Origin: Octopus sinensis
Taxonomy: Eukaryota
Reading direction: 5' to 3'
Assembly: GCF_006345805.1 (NCBI RefSeq)
Contig: NW_021830453.1
Coordinates: 2,316 to 66,315, forward strand
DNA length: 64,000 nt
Shown here piece by piece: positions 52,106 through 64,000 of the stretch. The notes beneath the pieces were generated by a model. The model was not told the DNA's origin, ran no database searches, and was given only the letters and a program-made list of their open reading frames with translations. A program made the position numbers and the translations under genes. Within the stretch, counting starts at the first letter, position 1, and every line of letters begins with the position of its first letter.

Positions 52106-53751
52106 TATATATATATATATATATATATACGGACGGCTTCTTTCAGTTTCCGTTGAGCAAACGTCGAAGAAACTAGGAAATGAGTTGAGGGACATTTAGC
52201 TATTATTTCGAGCAAGGTAGTGCATCCCCACCCTGAAGTATTGTAGAGGGGTGGTTAGGGGTTAGGTGTAGCAGCTTGCGTATAGTGATCTTTATGCAGT
52301 GATGGTGGGGATAGTAATGGGGTGGGGGTGGCAGCGGTGAGTTTTAGGTGGTTGGGTTGGAAGGGGTTGCGGGTGAATTCGGGGTGAATTGTCAATTTAA
52401 TGTTGAAACTGTAATTAAGGATCAAAAATGAATTTAAATTGAATCGGGGATTGACGTGTTCTTTAAGAAAGGACCACCGCACCACAGCAACAACGGCACA
52501 ATCACACCCCACCAACACTGACACAACCACCACCATTACGACTATAACGACAACCATCACCCACCCTTACTACCACCACCACCACCATCATCGTTACCAT
52601 CACAATCACCACAACCATCACCACCACCACCGCAACCACAACCATCACCACTGTCACAACTGCCACCACCACTACCACCACCACTACCACCACCTCCACC
52701 ACCACCGCCACCACCACTAATACGATTAATACTACAACTGTCATCACTACTACCACTATCACCACCATTGCTATTAGCTCCCTCGCCACTTCCACAGCCA
52801 CTACTACCACCTCAACAACCACCAGCAACACCAAAACTACTACTAACACTACTACCACCGTCGCCACCACCACCACCACCACTACCACCAGCAGAGACGC
52901 CACCATCACAACCAACACTACCATCATCATCATCACCTCCATCCCCACCACCATTACCAACAACAACAGCAATAACAGCAACATCACTACCACTACCCCT
53001 GTCGACATGACCCCAAACCCTCACAGCTCCCTAAATGTTGGGTTTCCTGACTCAACAAGTTATTGATTCATCCTTTCTTCTGTGTTCCCTTTTGTCAATT
53101 CTGAAGTCATCCTTGAATGAAATAGAGCTCGGATCAAAGGGAGATGAAAGGGGATCAAAGGTACATCCGTGATAGCAGTGTGGTTAAGGGGTTTGTTTAG
53201 CGATGACGTGGTTTCGGGTTCAAACCTGCTCAGTGGCACCTTTGACGAGTGTTTTCTATTTTTTCCCCTAAGATAACCAACACCGGTTGTCAAGCGGTGG
53301 TATAGGATAGACACAAAGACACACACACACACACACACACACACAATGGGCTTCTTTCAGTTTCCGCCTACCAAATCCACTCACAAAGCTTTGGCCGGCC
53401 TTATTCTATAGCAGAAGATACTTGCCCAAGGTGCCACGCAGTCGGACTGAACCCAGAACTGTGTGACTGGGAAGCAAACTTCTTACCAAACAGCCATGCC
53501 TGCGCTTATGTTTTGCTCTGTGTGTGTGCCGTATGTGTCTTTGTGTTACCACTTGACGGTGTTGCTTTGTTTACGTTCCCGTAATGTAACAGTTCGGCGT
53601 AAAGAAACACAGAATAAAATAACGGACCTAAAATAAGCACAAGGAATAATCAAATCCACAAAAGAAATAAAACAGCGCACAGTTTTCCTCTGTTAAATTT
53701 AACTGAAAACGCATGGGTTGACCGAAAGCTGCAGAAAATGATATTATGCGT

Positions 53752-54302
53752 GAACGTTGTCTGATCATAAATTATCCAGATTATTGCTATAGTAACGAAG
53801 CTAAAACACGGAAGGTAAAGCCGCTTGGTATAGATTGACCTTGAACCCTGCTGTGCATGCGCACTAAGTTCTAACGTTCTAGCTCACTTCCACTGTTTAC
53901 AGCAATGCTTGGAAAGAACGTGTGTAGCGTGTGATCATCGCATTGACCACGACAGTTTAAGTTGAGCAGAGAATCTGCATCAAATTTTGCCAAAAGCTTG
54001 GTGATACCTGCTCAGAGGCCTATGCAAAGGTTTCAAAAAGTTTTCATTGTTCTCAACACAATCAAAGAGGTTTTGTGCAACTGAAACCCGAGTGTCTTCT
54101 TGGTCAGCTGAAAGCAGTTTTGGTCCAAACTTGGCAGACACGTGTCTCGTACTCAAATCTTCAGTGATAATGGACTGAAGTTAACTGTAACTAATCTGCA
54201 CATCTTCTGATAACTCACTGCTGTAAACAGCGAAAGTGAGCTAGGAAGTCGAAACTTAGTGCGCATGCACAGCAGGGTTCAAGGTCAATCTTTGTCAAGC
54301 GG
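53752..54302 (-). mobile_element. Second copy of the rearranged mariner derivative
   Basis: Same internal junction as 47638-48494, in opposite orientation. Confidence 0.8.
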
Positions 54303-54309
54303 CTTCACT

Positions 54310-55735
54310 CTACATGGATGATCTGAAGTTTTGTTTTAGTAAGAATGAAAAAAACATAGGATCCTTAATACAAACTGTAAGACGCATCAGTAAAGACATA
54401 GTCATGGAATTTGGCATAGGTAAGTGCGCAATATTAGTCATGAGATGGGGACGGGTAGTAAATTGTAAAGGCATCCAATAACCAGATGGCCAGGCATTAA
54501 AATCTTTGAAAGATGGAGAGAGTTATGAGTGTCTGGAAACATTAGAATTTGACAGAATACTAACTCTAGAACTGAAAACGAAAATTGAGAACGAGTACAT
54601 CAGGAAGGTGAGAAAACTAATGAAGTCAAAGTTAAATTGTCCGAATCTAGAGAAGGCTGTAAATACTTCGGCAATATCATTACTTGGATACTCATCAGCT
54701 TTTGTAGACTGGACAAAAAACTGAATAATTAGCAAAGCTGGATAGAAGCAATTGAAGGAAATTCGATATGAATGGAGGACTTCATCATAGAACAGGAGTA
54801 GCAATGTTATACTTACATAGAAAAGAATGTGGAAGAGAGTTAATATCAATAGAAAACCACGTGGAGTTAGCTAAGATAGATGTAGCCTCCTATGTAGGTA
54901 ATAGTGAAGAAAGTTTATGAAGAGCCACAGCAACCGAAAAAAAGCCAAATGAACTTAAAAATAGAAAAAAGAACAAAAGTTAACTGATTGTCAGGAGAGC
55001 GCTTAGCATTGTAGATTTCCAAACATAGTTGCAACAAATAGTAGTGAAACATGGTTATGGTTGCAGAAAGAATGGCTGAAAATGGAGACAGAAAGTTTAT
55101 AAGTAGCAGTATAGGATCAAGGATTAAGGACTAATTGGATAAAAGCCAAGATAGACAAAAACCAAGTAGATTCCCAATGTAGGTTATGCAAATCAAAGGA
55201 GGAAAATGTTACTCATATAAGAAGTGAAAGTAGCCTGCTGGCACAGAAAAAATACAAGAAAAGACATAACTTAGGGAGAGTAATCCGCTGGGAGTTGAGT
55301 AAAAGTTAGAATTTGACCATACTGAAAAGAGGTATGAACACAAACCTAGTAAAGTATTACATAGTAATAAATATAAGATGTGGGACTTCAACATTCAGAT
55401 TGACAGAGTGATAGAATCTGGAAGGCTTTATTTAGTAGTAGTAGATAAAGAGAATAGAAAGTGCCAGGTAATTGACTTTACAGACCTAAAAGTTTAGAAA
55501 ATCAATATGAGAAGTAAATACGAAAATAGCAAAATAGCAGGACTAAGCCATTGAGTTACAGAGGCTATGGAAAGTGCAGGTAAAATGTATCCCAGTAGGT
55601 ATAGGTGCATTAGGAACTATCCCTAAAGAGTTGAACAAATGGACAGAGGAAATAGGCATAAAATAAGTTTAATACAGCTCCAGGAAGCAGGGCTATTATG
55701 GACAGCCAGGATACTTAGGGGGGAGTCTGGGTATC
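54310..55735 (+). mobile_element. Old, heavily decayed R4/Dong element (RT C-terminal half to RLE)
   Basis: YMDDLK at ~54311, QCRLCKSKEENVTH and ..PVGIGALG, with many stops. Confidence 0.8.
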
Positions 55736-55791
55736 TAAGGGTAGTCCGATGCAAGGAATTTTTTCTTTTTAAACAGTCTAATTCATTATGT

Positions 55792-56334
55792 GTACCAGGC
55801 AGTGGCTCTCATGGCTTCTGATCTTAACTGATTGGAAGTGTTATCATGTACATTGTTTTGTCTTGGTATAAAAGACGGGCTACAGCAAATATTCTGCTCA
55901 ATACCACAGATTTGCTTGTCAGTTGTTTGACCTTAACCAGTTGAGCATGTCCCTTGGTGGCTGACAATATGTGCATCTCTGATCACGAGCAGAAGTAGTG
56001 GGGGAGCATCATAGCCATGTGTTGAGAGGGATTCTTTGGGGTTTGAATAATTCACCTCTGGAAACATGGGTGTTTTGTTTAACATCCTTAAACAACCCTT
56101 ATTCAGGGACCGTTTGAGCGGGATGGGTTACTCGATCTGAAGAAAATTCTAACTGGGCCCCACCTGCAAGGTCATGTGCTGTTTATCTTGATATGAGATC
56201 ACCATGTCGCGCACATATGGTTGTGATGCATGTGCCTGGTGTACCCTTATCAGACGGGTAGTCATGATGGGTATACTGGGCTTCGCATATTTTACCCCAG
56301 TGTCACTTTGATGGCATGAACTGCTCTCTCACTC
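55792..56334. mobile_element. Family E element, longer copy
   Basis: Homologous to 30831-31274; ends in (AAT)n. Confidence 0.75.
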
Positions 56335-57350
56335 ATTAATAATAATAATAATAATAATCCCGGTCTCAATAGGATCAAAGAGAAATAAGAAGAAAACTGA
56401 ACAACTATGATGATTTGAAGTGAGAAATAAGAAGATTGTGGTCAATGAAGGGAGTAGATGTGGTACCAATAGTAATTGGTGAATTTGGAAGATTCAGCAC
56501 TCAACTACCAACATGGCTCAAAGAGATTGGAACAAAATATAAAGATAGAATACCTACAAAAATCAGCATTACTTGGAACTGCGAAAGTTCTTCTCAGGGT
56601 TCTTGACGCATGACCAGTAAGCAAGTGTCCCCTTAGTCTGCTGGTTGTGGACAGCTGACACTTTCCATCATACCCAGAAAAATAAGCTATAAAAATTTCA
56701 TTAAAAAATAATAATGATAATAATAATAAAGATAATCATTTCTACTATAGGTACAAGGCCTGAAATTCGATCCCATTACTCCACTGGTACTTAATTTATC
56801 GACCCCGAAAGGATGAAAAGCAAAGTCAACCTCGGCAGAATTTGAATTCACAACGTAGCGATAGACGAAATTCTGCTAAGGATTTCGCCCGGCGTGCTAA
56901 CGATTCTGCCAGCTCGCCGCCTTCAATAATAATAATAAGAATAATGATGATGATGATGATGATGATGAAGACGACGACGACGATGACGACGATGATGATG
57001 GTGACAACCCCCACCTCACTCCACCCCCCACTACATCCTTCTATCTTCTTTTATTGGGTCTACATTCATTAATCTATAGGAATGCCGCAATAAATCGATT
57101 ATCGGGGCATATTTAAAGGGTTTTTGAGAAAAATTCCTCGAATTCCGCACCGTAGCGATGATGATCACATGATGTAGTGAAATTAATTTCTTTTAATTAG
57201 ATGTTATTTACAGGTCAAATGATGAAAAAGGGGGCGCTGTAGTAGTTTGATGTGGTTTGGGGGCGTGAAGTCTTGTAACGCTTCGTGTTTGGTTGACGGA
57301 GGTTAAATGGGTGAACCATGGTTTGCCAGCTCTGTGCGTATACATACAAC

Positions 57351-57388
<38 letters not shown>

Positions 57389-58765
57389 GTTGTATGTATG
57401 TTTATATGTACGTATGTATATGTATGTATGTGTTTATGCATGTATGTATGAATGTCTGTGTATGCCTGTCTGTGTGTTTCTATGTGTGTATTTATGAATG
57501 TATGTATGTATCTATGCTTACATATGTCTGTATTTATGTTTCTATGTGAACACGTATAAGTGTAGGATGCGTCTTATATGTATGTACGTACTTACGCACG
57601 TATGTATGTTTGTATGCATGAATGTGTGTATGTGTGTATGTATTATGAATGCGTGTATGTATGTAATTATGTATGTATATATGCATGTATTATGTATGTA
57701 TGTATGTACGTACGTATGTATGTATGCATGTATGTACGTACGAATGTACGTATGTATGTTATACGTATGTACGTATGTATGTATGCATGCTTGCGTGTAT
57801 GTATGTATGCATTACGTACGTACGTATGTATGTATGTATGCATGCATGCCTGCATGTATATAGGTATGTATGTATGTATGTACGTTCGTACGTATGTATG
57901 CATGAATGCTTGCATGTACGAATGTATGTATGTTTGTATGTGTACGTGTGTATGTATGCAACCATGCTTGCATGTATGTATGTATGTATGTATGTATGTA
58001 TGTATGTACGTAAGTATGTATGCATGCATGCTTGTATGTATGTATCTATGTATATACGTATATATGTATCTAGTGTATGTATGTCTATATTACATCTGCC
58101 TGCGTGCATGTACGTATTTATACATGTATGTGCGTATGTACGGAATGTATGAATATATGTGAGTATGTAAACATGTAGGTTATGTATTTATGACTATATG
58201 TATGCTTGTATGCATGTATGTTTGTATGTCTGTAAGTATGTATGTATATATATATATGTGTGTGTGCATGTGTGCGTGTGTGTGTGCATAGATTTATGTA
58301 TACTTGTATGCATGTTTATATATGAATGCGTGTTTGTTTAAATATGTATATGTATACATATGCAAACACGCAGTCATTTGCATCCATGGAGTCTCATGAG
58401 ATGTTGAGTTCTCAACCTGACGAAGGCGACTTCGCCTTTTATATTCTCTCTCCCCACCAGCTCCCTTTAACCCTCCCTGTCATACTCGCACCCCTCACCA
58501 CTTTCTTTCCACCCGTCCATTTCTTTCTCTTTCTATCACTCCTGTTCCCCCTTCTCTTCCTAACCTTCCACCCTTTGTCTCTCTCTTTGTGTCTACTACA
58601 TACCTGTAAAGCCATGCCACTCACCACTGAATTTGCTTCAGAATTACGCTAAGGCTACACATATGTTCAGCCACTTAAGCGCTAATTCAGGAGCAGATAA
58701 TTCAGTTTATTGAAGAACTGGTGAATTCTCATCAGCGAACGAGGGACATGCATCACCATCGTACT

Positions 58766-58812
<47 letters not shown>

Positions 58813-59072
58813 TATATATATATATATGGAGGCGCAATGGCCCACTGGTTAGGGCAGCGGGTAGGCAGTTGGTGACCTTTATGTAGTAAGACACACAAAA
58901 AAATAAGCGAAACACAGACGTGCGACTGAGTTGTAGAGAGATTTACTTCTACCTTTACAGCACGTAAAGAAAACATTATTGTAGGAATGTATGCAGCATG
59001 TGCACTACAGCAATACTATACGTAGTTTTAATACTAAGATTGAAAAGTAGGGACGAATTACGCCTCCTAATC

Positions 59073-59137
<65 letters not shown>

Positions 59138-59145
59138 GTAATGGT

Positions 59146-59408
59146 AAGACAATAAAGGAATAAAGATACCTCGATATTATGTATATAGAGGAATTATCTG
59201 TAAATATAATATGTGACAATTATTCGGTAGCCATGATAAAACTCCGAGTTTCGGATGTCAGGACGGAAACTTGCTCCAGCATCTCGTATGTTATCGAGGC
59301 AATCAAAATAATTTTGATTGCTTCGATAACTGACGAGATGCCGGATTAGGTTTCTGCCCCGACATCCGAAACTCGGAGTCTTATTATAGCAACCGAATAA
59401 TTGTCACA
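59146..59408. mobile_element. Penelope-like family 3 fold-back (arms 59212-59309 / 59311-59408, 1-nt loop)
   Basis: Central CAATCAAAAT-A-ATTTTGATTG; each arm carries a hammerhead copy. Confidence 0.75.
59325..59385 (+). ncRNA. Type I hammerhead ribozyme motif, canonical core, GUC triplet
   Basis: GAUAA-CUGACGA-GAUG.CGG...CCG.CAUC c-GAA-ACUC g GAGU-C-UUAUU. Confidence 0.8.
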
Positions 59409-59620
59409 CACACACACACACATATTATATATATATATATATATACACATACACGTTCGTGTATTTGTTTTGCAAGATTCCTGATGTGAATCGTGTCTTG
59501 AAGCAGGCATTATTATATTTATTGTTGTATTTCGAGGTGGCCATTTTCCCCCAAATAAACACACGCACTATATATTCGTTCTTCACTCGTTTATTATTGT
59601 TCTTATTCTAACTCATGTCC

Positions 59621-59666
59621 ATTGTCTAGAAATCTTTCGTCACACATCTGTGACCTCTTCAGCGAT
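59621..59666 (-). ncRNA. Hammerhead-like motif with weak stem I
   Basis: CUGAAGA-g-GUCACA gaug UGUGAC-GAA-AGA uu UCU-A; stem I does not pair. Confidence 0.45.
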
Positions 59667-60477
59667 ACTTTCCGTTCTCGTCTGTGTTCCTGCTCCGCTT
59701 ATCCATTCTGTTTTATTTATTATTGTTCCTATTTTAGTGTCTATAGCTGAAGTGAAGAACGAATGCACAGTGTGTATGTTTATTTGGCAAAAAACAAAAA
59801 TGACCGTCCTGAAATATTACAATAAGTGTGTGTGTGTGTGTGCGCGCGTGAGCGCGTGTGTGGCTGTTTGCGTATATAGATTGACGTATATGCATGTATA
59901 CAGACATATAACTTACATGTGTACATTCATACATATAATGTGTGTGTGAGTTTCTTTGTGTGTATGTATGTAGCCGTGTCTGAGAGAATATTCTCGAATG
60001 ATCCTCGTCGAAACCGACGGTATTCCACGATTTAGACATGTGTATGTATCTATGCAAGCTCGCGTATGTGTCTATTTGTGTGAGTGTGTGTGTGAATATG
60101 TGTATGTGTGTGCTTGCTTCTTTTTATTGCTGTAATATGGATGAGAATATAAAGAATAAAAACACGAAAAACAAGAAAAACGAACATTAAAAAACAACAA
60201 AATTGTGTGACATTAAATAGCATGATTTGTACAATAACCACATGGTCGTTCAACGCTGAAGACATAGTAGCCAAACACCGCCCTCAAACCATACACCCCG
60301 ACATCTTGATATAAATAATAACAATAAAAAGAACAAGGAAAAAGTTTGAAAAAAAAAGCGGAAGAGAAACGTAAAAAAAGGTTTAGAAAACGTTCATAGC
60401 TACCCTTAAACAAACAGACGAAGCTGTCACGGTTGGCTGCACCTGATTATACGGCTGTGTCTTGAGGGGCTGACCTG

Positions 60478-60520
<43 letters not shown>

Positions 60521-61022
60521 ATGGTAATGATAACGACAATAATAATAACATCAACAACAACAGCATTCTTGTGAAAAAAATCTTTTAATCAATGTATAGG
60601 AATGCAGTAATTATCTGCTGTAAAGGAAGATTTAAAAAGACTTTCCTGAAAAAGAATTATAAAAATGAAAAACGAAGCAAAACTAATGATATAAATTCCA
60701 CATAGCACAGTGTTCTGCGATGATCACATGACGTAGTTAAATTAATTTTTTTTTAATTAGATGTCATTTACAGGTCATTTGATCAAAGGGTTGCGCTGCT
60801 GTAGTTTGATGTGGTTTCGTAACGCACACATTTTGGTCGATGTTGGGTAAATGGGTGAGCCGTGAATGTATCATCATATTGCTTCGCGTGTATGTATTTT
60901 TTTATCTGTGTATGTATGGTTGTATGTGTATGTGTGTGTGTGATTGTCGGAAATGTCTGTTCGGTGGTGTTCTTGTGTGTCTGTATGTTTGTGCATGTGA
61001 GGGCGTGTGAGTTTACGTATAT

Positions 61023-61081
<59 letters not shown>

Positions 61082-62329
61082 TGTGTGTGTGTGTGTGTTG
61101 TGTGTGTGTCTGTGTGTATATATGCTTGTGCGTGTATCTCTTTATACATATTATGTGTGTGTGTGTGTGTGTGTATGTGTGTGTGTGTTGTGTGTGTGTG
61201 TGTATTTGTCGGAAATATGTGCACATGTGCTTGTGTGTGTATGCATATATATATATATAATTTATATTATATTATTATATATATATATATATATACACTT
61301 GTGCGTATTGCACACACACACACACACACACACACACAACACACACACATATATATATATGTATATATACACTTGTGCGTGTATTTTTGTACGTATATAT
61401 GTGCGTATCCATGTGTTTATACGTATGTGTGTGTAGCTTTGTACCTGTGTATGTATATGGAGGTTGTGCGCATGTATGTAGTTGGGTGTTTATGCGTATA
61501 TGCATTGGCATATATGTATGTGAGTGTATATATGCTTGTGCGTATATCTCTTTGCACATATTATGTGTGTGTGTGTGTATTTTTATCTTCAGTTATGATA
61601 AAAATGATTTTACACTAATCTGATGTAATTTACATTAATCTATACTTTTGTAGAGAACAAATTTATTATCCTTAAACAAGAATGTTGTTGACAATGATTG
61701 ACCGCAACTTCGAAGTCACTGTCGACAACATTTTTGTTTAAGAATAATATACATACCTTTTATCTTTTATTCGTTTCAGGCATTAGACTGCAGCCATGCT
61801 GGGGCACCGCCCTGAAGAGTTTTAATAACCCCACCGCCGTGCTTATTTTTTAACTTCTGGTACTTACTTTGTCTGTAACTTTTGCCGAACCGCTAATTCA
61901 TAGAAATGTTAACACACCAACACCGGTTGTCAAGGGGTGGTGGTGGTGGGGGGAACAAATACTGACACAAAAAACATTCTTTTATTCTTTTATCCCTTTA
62001 TATGTTTCAGCCCTAAGTCTGTAGCCATCCTGGGCCACTGCCAGTGTAATCACCTTAGATTGGTCAATTTTATGTGATTGGCTTTTGGTGAAGGAGGGAG
62101 TTCGACACTGCTGCCCTCTTTTGAGTTTTCTGCCTTGATATTGGTTCATCTAGGATCTTGGTTAGCAAGAGGTCAAGTTGTTTCTTGAAAACATCTACCC
62201 TCACTCTATGAAGATCCCCGAGATGCTTTGGCAAGGCGTTAAATAGCTGTGGGTCCTAGAATCCCAAATTATTGCCGTACATGTTCCTTAGCGGCACAAA
62301 ATCAAAGCTTGCTTACCAACAACTATCAG

Positions 62330-63101
62330 GCTAACGTCCTTCAAAACGGTTCTGACCCGAAATGCAGATTTAGCGATAAATTTGATGAAACAACAGATAC
62401 CAACTCGTCTCGGAATGTCCTATGCTTACGCCAAACGAATAAAAAAAGCCCCACGATAAGGTAGGACAGTACTTACATTGGAAAATATGTAAACGCTACA
62501 AAATCAATACTCCTGCTTACTGGTATGAACATCATACTGAGCCAGTCGTTGAAGGTAAAAATGTCACTATCCTCTGAGATTTTCCAGTCAACAACGACAA
62601 AACGATTCACGCTAATCGACCAGACATAGTCATTAAAGACAGGAGAGAGAAAATACTTGTAGACTAATAGATGTAAATGTTTCCACTGATAAAAATATAT
62701 TTGTAATGGAATTTCACAAATTAAGTAAATATAAGGATCTGGAAATTAAAATACAAGAGATGTGGTATCTTAAAGTGAGAACTGTTCTTGTTACTGTGGG
62801 TGACCTTAGTGTGATAAGAAAGGGATGACAGAAACATCTTGTTAATATCCATGGAGAACCATGTCTCAGAGAAATCCAAAAGATTGTACTGACTAGTGCT
62901 GCCCACATCCTTAGAAAAAACCCTATCAGTTTAAATGTCTGTGCTGTATTACATGAAGATATTTCGCTACTGCCCCTTTCCATTAGCACTTTCCAAGCTT
63001 TCAGTCATACTGTAATATCTCTTATCCTTCTTTCGCCCTAGGACGCTGGGTGTGTCTCGGCGAGTGATTGTAACAAACATGCAGATTAAAATTAAATGAT
63101 A

Positions 63102-63145
<44 letters not shown>

Positions 63146-63608
63146 AATAACAACAACAATAATAAAGAATATAAAAGACGTCATGACAATATAGCAAGGA
63201 TTGTCCATTGGACACTTTGCAACAAATATGGACTTCACTGAACAAAAAAGTGGTACAAACATAAACCCGAAGGCATCATCGAAAATGATAATGCAAAGAT
63301 CCTATGGGATTTTATGATTCAGTGCAACCATGGGATAAGAAGAAAGCAAACGATGCTGGATCATTGATATAGTATGCCCAGCTGACAACAACGTATGCGA
63401 TAAGGAAGAAAGAAAAGTCGATAGATATAAGAAGCAGCTGTGGTCGCTGAAAAAGGTGGTAGTAGTAACAATAATAGTCGGATCCCTGGGAAAAGTGAGT
63501 ATAAATCTTGAGAAGTACATGGAACAAACAGGGGCTGCAATAAGGCTGAAGGACTTGCAGAAAACAGCACTGCTCGAGGGTAGGGCGATTGTCGATGTCA
63601 TCGCCTGA
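62330..63608 (+). mobile_element. Two decayed R4/Dong RLE 3' fragments (~62330-62935 and ~63170-63608)
   Basis: HANRPDIVIK, KYKDLEIKI and IQKIVLTSAAHILRK; RHDNIARIVHWTLC and WDFMIQC. Confidence 0.8.
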
Positions 63609-64000
63609 GGTCTTGGCTGTGAGTTCATTTTTATGGACCCAGGAGACGATAAATGACGAGGTTTAATATTGGTGAGATCGAACTCAGAATGCAGAGTGCC
63701 ACGAATTATTTTTTCAGGCGTTTATTATCTTTTGGCATTTTTTTGTTTCATTGATTTGAATGCGGCCATGCTGGAGCACCGTCTAAAAATGTTTTAGTAG
63801 AACAAATCAACCTCAGGACTTATTTTTTAAAGCTCAGTACTTAATCTACCGGTCTCATTTGCCAAACCGCTAAGTTATGGGGACGTAATCACCTAGGCGC
63901 AGGCGTGGCTGTGTGGTTCCTAACCACATAATTCTGGGTTCAGTCCCACTGTGTGACACCAAGGACACATGTCTTCTACTATTACCACGGGCTGACCAAA

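Noticed and set aside
58400-58437. CTGACGA followed by an AGGCGA/TCGCCT hairpin
   Set aside because: No GAAA or stem III follows; at most a truncated hammerhead relic.

Overview
This is AT-rich eukaryotic DNA, very probably from an octopus (inferred from the tRNA-derived SINE families and the extreme (TA)n/(CA)n/(TACA)n/(AAT)n/(ACC)n load). I can support no host protein-coding gene: nearly all ORFs in the supplied track are microsatellite read-throughs. The window is a transposon-rich intergenic or intronic region. It holds R4/Dong-type RLE LINEs in (TAA)n tracts (one nearly full length at 31.4-34.1 kb), RTE and CR1/L2-group LINE 3' ends, a Ty3/gypsy integrase tail, several Tc1/mariner relics, a Helitron-like element and at least four SINE families. 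The most striking signal is a dense set of type I hammerhead-ribozyme (HHR) motifs, about 20 in 64 kb from several unrelated families. Most lie inside or beside fold-back (inverted-repeat) remnants typical of Penelope-like element termini. Four have fully canonical cores with all three stems formable (6506-6601 -, 7057-7116 -, 50780-50845 +, 59325-59385 +). A fifth (44720-44761 +) is a cleanly folded U3-A8 covariant variant sitting in the loop of a ~130-bp hairpin. Other notable items: three pairs of locally duplicated non-coding modules with conserved TF-motif-rich cores (one with an ~80-bp micro-inversion), a shared SINE/LINE 3' stem-loop with compensatory changes, and two pre-miRNA-like hairpins. 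All structures were folded by eye; no ribozyme activity or expression is demonstrated.
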